From NCBI GenBank assembly GCA_963802945.1, contig CAWDKY010000063.1, positions 1 to 11,196 of the forward strand: 11,196 nt of DNA, in the 5' to 3' direction. The notes beneath the pieces were generated by a model. The model was not told where the DNA came from. It did not search any database and saw only the letters and a list, made by a program, of their open reading frames with translations. Shown in pieces: positions 7,561 through 11,196 of the stretch. The stretch's first letter is position 1. Every line of letters begins with the position of its first letter. This DNA is from an uncultured delta proteobacterium. Lineage in GTDB: Bacteria; Desulfobacterota; RBG-13-43-22. A program made the translations under genes and the position numbers.

Positions 7561-8299
7561 ATGGCAGATTCTTCCCCCTGTTTGATCAATCCTAAAAAAT
7601 CCCGTTCTGAACCCAGTATTGATACCTTGGCCCTCCTGATACCCATTCCCGGGGATTTTCAGCGCATGAACCGACTTGTGCAGCCAGGCCGGTGCCCTTT
7701 GCTTTAAAAATAATTTATTACGGGTGTATCAATCTGCCGAGTCCCTCAGAAAGATTACGGTGGCCGGACCAGCGGTCGGGGCTCCTCAGGCAATCATGAT
7801 TTTGGAAAAGTTGATCGTCCTTGGGGCTCGGCGGGTCATCCTTCTGGGCTGGGCCGGAGGGCTCAGTCCGACCTTGTCTCCGGGAGATATCATCCTGCCT
7901 GATGAGGCCATCAGTGAAGAGGGGACTTCCCGACATTACTCGGACGAAATAAGATCCCGGCCTTCTTATTCCCTGTTAAATGATCTAAAAAAGGATATGA
8001 AACAAGAAGGGCTGTCTTATCAACAAGGGCCGATCTGGACCACCGACGCCCCATACCGGGAAACTATAGATAAACTGAAGGAATTGCAATCTCAGGGGGT
8101 ACTGGGTGTGGATATGGAGACCTCGGCCCTCTTTACGGTCAGTGCCTTCAGGGGGATTGAAGCGGCGGCTTTGTTGATCGTCTCGGACGATCTCTCTAAA
8201 ATGACCTGGCACCACGGCTTTCAAGACCCTAAATTTTTACAGGCCAGAAAACAGATGATCCGATTTTTGTATCGATTTGTTGTTCGTTCTTCAATGTAA
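7561..8299 (+). CDS. Nucleoside phosphorylase (PNP/UDP family 1), frame interrupted by a +1 shift near 7667-7707
   Basis: ORF 7676-8299 has VGAPQA, ILLGWAGGL, GDIILPDEAISEEGTS, IWTTDAPYRE, GVDMETSA and VSD. An upstream ORF at 7561-7707 (MADSSPCLINPKKSRSEPSIDTLALLIPIPGDFQRM...) begins 2 nt after the recN stop and would supply the N-terminus, giving about 245 aa. It could be a pseudogene, a sequencing error or recoding. Confidence 0.85.
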
Positions 8300-8300
8300 A

Positions 8301-8350
8301 CTGGATTCCGGATTTAAGTCCGAGAGATATCACCTCCGATATATAATGAC
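8301..8350. repeat. Degenerate REP-like palindromic repeat (CTGGATTCCGG...CCGGAATGAC type)
   Basis: CTGGATTCCGGATTTAAGTCCG (8301-8322) contains the hairpin CGGAT/GTCCG and starts right after a stop codon. The expected terminal AATGAC occurs 22 nt later (8345-8350). Family resemblance is from memory. Confidence 0.45.
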
Positions 8351-8555
8351 AGTGAGAGAAATTGACATCTGAAAAACGTGATTTTATATGACAGCAAGTT
8401 TAAGCTGTTTCGAAGACTTCTTCCTGAAATCCTCAACCTTCCATTTTTGAAAAAATACAAGAATTCAATCCGTAGTCGTTATCAGGTCGGCAGGAAATTT
8501 AAACTATCGGCAAGCCAACCAGAAACCCCCACCTAGCCTTGTGTCCCATTTTTTC

Positions 8556-8584
8556 TTGACCCTGTCTTTCCCCTATTTTATATT
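8556..8584 (+). promoter_or_regulatory. Sigma70-type promoter, probably producing a leaderless mRNA starting at ATG 8591
   Basis: TTGACC (8556-8561), 17-nt spacer, TATATT (8579-8584), then 6 nt (cttccc) to the ATG. No SD; the upstream sequence is pyrimidine-rich. Confidence 0.65.
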
Positions 8585-8590
8585 CTTCCC

Positions 8591-8820
8591 ATGAAAACAA
8601 TTTCTCATCAAATGCAAAAATCAACTCTAAATTCATTTGATTTATTCTGTGGAGCTGGTGGATTATCAGAAGGATTAAAATGGGCAGGCTTTAAGAGTCT
8701 TTTGGGCATAGAAATTGGGGAACCTTCCATCAAGTCTTTTGCTGAAAACCATAAATCTGCTGTTGCTTTGACCAAAGATGTTTCTGATATTTCCTGCAAA
8801 TATATTAAAAAGGTTTCCAA
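8591..8820 (+). pseudogene. Truncated DNA (cytosine-5) methyltransferase, N-terminal SAM-binding motifs only
   Basis: Motif I FDLFCGAGGLSEGL, then AGF, motif II GIEI, SFAENH and motif III DVSDI. The catalytic GPPC and all later motifs are missing. The ORF runs on out of homology to 8932, overlapping the next gene. Confidence 0.85.
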
Positions 8821-8846
8821 GATAACAACAATAGAAAGAGGAAAAA

Positions 8847-9689
8847 ATGAAGACGGTTACCTTGGCTGTTTGCAGTTTGACATTGATGTTATCCAATTTT
8901 GCGTTTGCAGGGCAGCAAGCGGGTTCCGGTGAGAGTGGTTTTTCATTTTCGGCAGGCTACAACGGCACACAACTCAACTACAGCGAGACAGACCCTACCA
9001 GTGGCGGAGTTCTCGACAAAGATACAGGCTGGCTCAACGGTGCAACCGTAGAAGCAAGGTATGACAGTGCTATAATTTTTATGCGAGCTAACTTCGACTA
9101 TTTGACTTCTAACAGCGCTACTTATACTGGAGCCTTGCAAAACGGAACATCACTTACTATGGCAACACCTGAAGCCATCTATAAAACTGAATTTAATGTG
9201 GGCTATAAGATCTGGAATCCAGAGCACTTTACGCTCGCTCCGTACCTAGGTATCGGCTACCGTGATTGGGAGCGCGGCCAAAATGTGCTCCCTAATTATA
9301 CAGAGAGCTACACCTGGTGGTATGGCACGATCGGTGTTAATCTCACCTACAGAGTCGCCGACCGGGTACTAGCCGGCCTCGACGCCACTTTATTGTTGCC
9401 CTTCAGCCCACAAATGAAAACCAACATAAGCAACTCAGTCAACACCGCGACGTTTGACCTTGGAAGCCAGATCGGTTACCGGGTCCAAGTCCCTATGTCT
9501 TATGATATTTATAGAAGCAAAGAATATAAAATATTAACTTTCCTGACTCCTTACTACGAGCGGTGGAATGTTGGACGGTCGCCAATCGTCACTTTAACCT
9601 CAGACGGAGTGTCGGCAGGTGCTTTTATTGAACCGACAAGTCATACTGACCTTTATGGGGTGAAGGTCGGCCTTAGGGTAATTTTCTGA
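8847..9689 (+). CDS. Outer-membrane beta-barrel protein (autotransporter-beta-domain-like size, no passenger)
   Basis: Sec signal MKTVTLAVCSLTLMLSNFAFA. Amphipathic aromatic-rich strands (FNVGYKIW, LAPYLGIGYRDW, WWYGTIGVNLTY, FLTPYYERWN). C-terminal BAM-type signal YGVKVGLRVIF. SD AGAGGA. Confidence 0.85.
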   Translation: MKTVTLAVCSLTLMLSNFAFAGQQAGSGESGFSFSAGYNGTQLNYSETDPTSGGVLDKDTGWLNGATVEARYDSAIIFMRANFDYLTSNSATYTGALQNGTSLTMATPEAIYKTEFNVGYKIWNPEHFTLAPYLGIGYRDWERGQNVLPNYTESYTWWYGTIGVNLTYRVADRVLAGLDATLLLPFSPQMKTNISNSVNTATFDLGSQIGYRVQVPMSYDIYRSKEYKILTFLTPYYERWNVGRSPIVTLTSDGVSAGAFIEPTSHTDLYGVKVGLRVIF

Positions 9690-9728
9690 TTAATATGACC
9701 TTTGCAGCTAAATTATGGAGGGGGTATT

Positions 9729-9842
9729 TGAGGTGGCCCCCAAAAACCGGACAATGGGATTAGCTCTGAGTTAGCCTCAAGGAAGCAGGTGGATATGTCA
9801 AAAAAGGAGCGATGACACCTCAAGTTCAAGGCCAGGATAGTC
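9729..9842 (+). mobile_element. IS3-family left-end remnant (IRL plus decayed orfA start)
   Basis: TGAGGTGGCCCCCAAAAACCGGACA (9729-9753) fits the TG...GCCCC..AAA..GGACA pattern of IS3-family ends. ATG 9795 then gives MSKKER*HLKFKARIV, like an OrfA N-terminus (...xFKAxxV) with an internal stop. No right end or DDE ORF. Confidence 0.65.
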
Positions 9843-9894
9843 CAACCATTCCTCCATATTTCAAACAGTAGTCGTTAATTTTAAAGCGAACTCT

Positions 9895-10020
9895 TTAGAA
9901 TAGTTGAAGGTATTCTTCGCATTTTTTTCTTGTTGATACCTTACTAAATGATGTTATTACCTTTTTGTCCTCCGATGCAATATTCCCGGTGTAAACCAAG
10001 GACTCATCTTCCTTTTTCAT
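9895..10020 (-). CDS. Possible 41-aa small protein or gene remnant
   Basis: SD AAAGGGAG lies 9 nt before ATG 10020. Translation is MKKEDESLVYTGNIASEDKKVITSFSKVSTRKKCEEYLQLF. No recognisable family. Confidence 0.35.
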   Translation of the reverse strand: MKKEDESLVYTGNIASEDKKVITSFSKVSTRKKCEEYLQLF

Positions 10021-10128
10021 GATACAAAACTCCCTTTAGCCCATTAAAAGCTCCCTATAGCAACAGACGATGGCGTCAAACCAGAAAAAGGATTGAAGAG
10101 GTATTTCAAAAAGCTTAATTTTTAAAAA

Positions 10129-10989
10129 TCAATTGCTGTAGTTGGTGGTACCAGCAGCCGTACCCCCAAGGAAGGGGCTCAGGCATCCGCTGGCCAGGTT
10201 ATTCATATAAAGGCCGGAACCACTATAAAAATCAATACCATAATTCATCCCGGAGATCGTATTATCCTTTACCATGGTATTGGCTGACGTATCTATGAAA
10301 ATGCCACAGGAAGTCCCCGTACCAATGGCAGCGTTACTTACTCTGTTGTTCTCAATCACAAGGCCATAAGTATTATAACCATAAACTCCATAAGACCAAC
10401 CACTCCCTTGTTCTTTCGTTTCAGAAACATCGTTATTAATCACTCGATTGTCAGGACCTCCTACATAAACCCCCTGGGGATTATAATTCGAGGAATTTCC
10501 TCCTGTGCTTACCACCAGGTTGTTACGGATGATGTTGCCACGACCTAAAACATAAATCCCAATCTGAGTATTCCTATCAGCCCGTATATCTTCAACGATA
10601 TGGCCCTGTGAGGTCGTGTAAGGGGAAGAGTCATACAAGAATATCCCATACAGAAAACCCCGCACGGTCCCGTTCCTGATGGTGATGTTCTTCTGTTGAT
10701 TGGCATAGATGCCGTAGGCGTTGGTACCGGCTCCTGCGGCCAAATTTCCGATCATGTATCCATTCAAATCGAGTACTACATCACTCGTGTTAATTGTGAT
10801 TGCATTGTTTGATGCTATATTCGTCGAAAAGTTGCCAGCGAGACAGTAATCCCCCTTAGTGCTGATCGTATAGGGCAACGAAGTGATGGCTGTGCAACTG
10901 GTCGTCGCGGCCTGGGCAAAGTTACCAATAAGAAGGATTACAGAAAGACTAAAAATTACCTGGGTCAAAAAGCATTTTTTCGTTTCCAT
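10129..10989 (-). CDS. Secreted right-handed parallel beta-helix protein (PbH1/NosD/CASH-like)
   Basis: Signal peptide ending AQA|A. N-cap CTAITSLPYTISTKGDYCL and ITINTSDVVLDLNGY. Repeated coils ITIRNGTV, NIIRNNLV, NRVINNDV, LVIENNRV and TMVKDNTI, most with a GI/GV-Y/F motif. SD AGGAG. Confidence 0.88.
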   Translation of the reverse strand: METKKCFLTQVIFSLSVILLIGNFAQAATTSCTAITSLPYTISTKGDYCLAGNFSTNIASNNAITINTSDVVLDLNGYMIGNLAAGAGTNAYGIYANQQKNITIRNGTVRGFLYGIFLYDSSPYTTSQGHIVEDIRADRNTQIGIYVLGRGNIIRNNLVVSTGGNSSNYNPQGVYVGGPDNRVINNDVSETKEQGSGWSYGVYGYNTYGLVIENNRVSNAAIGTGTSCGIFIDTSANTMVKDNTISGMNYGIDFYSGSGLYMNNLASGCLSPFLGGTAAGTTNYSN

Positions 10990-11092
10990 TATGAGTTCTC
11001 CTATCTTTGTTTTATTAGACTATCTCGTCCCGAAATTTAAGAAAGAAATCCCTTTCTTTTGTTCACTCCATGGGACGAAAATGACCATCCCC

Positions 11093-11122
11093 AGCATATC
11101 AAGTATTATTTAGAGAAGTCAA
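11093..11122 (-). promoter_or_regulatory. Sigma70-type promoter of the beta-helix gene
   Basis: Minus strand reads TTGACT (11122-11117), an 18-nt spacer, and extended -10 TGaTATGCT (hexamer 11098-11093). Implies a leader of about 97 nt. Confidence 0.55.
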
Positions 11123-11196
11123 GAGCTTCGAGGCTCCTAAAACTCTCTTCCTTCCACAAGGAAGTAGCAATACGTACGAGTCGAGCAACAGGGACA

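Noticed and set aside
8470-8550. SRP RNA, tRNA or tmRNA-like ncRNA (TCAGGTCGGCAGGAA resembles the SRP loop)
   Set aside because: It lacks the GNRA loop and downstream AGCAG of SRP helix 8, and has no long closing stem, cloverleaf or CCA end.
8820-8932. DIDVI in the methyltransferase ORF tail as continued homology before motif IV
   Set aside because: It is not followed by GGPPC, and it is an alternative-frame reading of the barrel's signal peptide. Likely coincidence.
8300-10128. Integron cassette array or CRISPR array
   Set aside because: I found no attC-like RYYYAAC...GTTRRRY palindromes flanking the ORFs, no integrase, and no regularly spaced repeats.
11060-11095. c-di-GMP-I riboswitch (GGGACGAAAA resembles GGGACGCAAA)
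   Set aside because: The match is on the wrong strand for the downstream gene, and the upstream GGCAAA/GNRA stem is missing.
8542-11196. TGTCCC (8542-8547) and GGGACA (11191-11196) as terminal inverted repeats of an element
   Set aside because: Only 6 bp match, the similarity does not extend inward convincingly, there is no transposase, and the window ends there.

Overview
An 11.2-kb bacterial chromosomal segment whose gene content and repeat types suggest Desulfobacterota/Deltaproteobacteria (inference). The core part (1-8300) holds an octamer-based palindromic repeat, sppA, a convergent YciO-like TsaC/Sua5-family gene, a type IV pilus minor-pilin module (pilD, fimT-like, pilW-like, pilX-like), a cold-shock gene with a structured leader and terminator, recN, and a nucleoside phosphorylase whose reading frame is split by a +1 shift. 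The accessory-looking part (8300-11196) is a mosaic: a degenerate palindromic repeat, a truncated C5 DNA methyltransferase with a probable leaderless promoter, an intact outer-membrane beta-barrel, an IS3-family left-end remnant, a possible small ORF, and a convergent secreted beta-helix protein with a structured leader. No rRNA, tRNA or CRISPR array was recognised. I found no clearly proven new system. The best leads are the cspA leader pseudoknot/switch, the phosphorylase frameshift, the barrel/beta-helix pair, the captured methyltransferase promoter, and the PilY1-less pilin module with a solenoid-bearing PilX. All calls are by eye; no searches were run.
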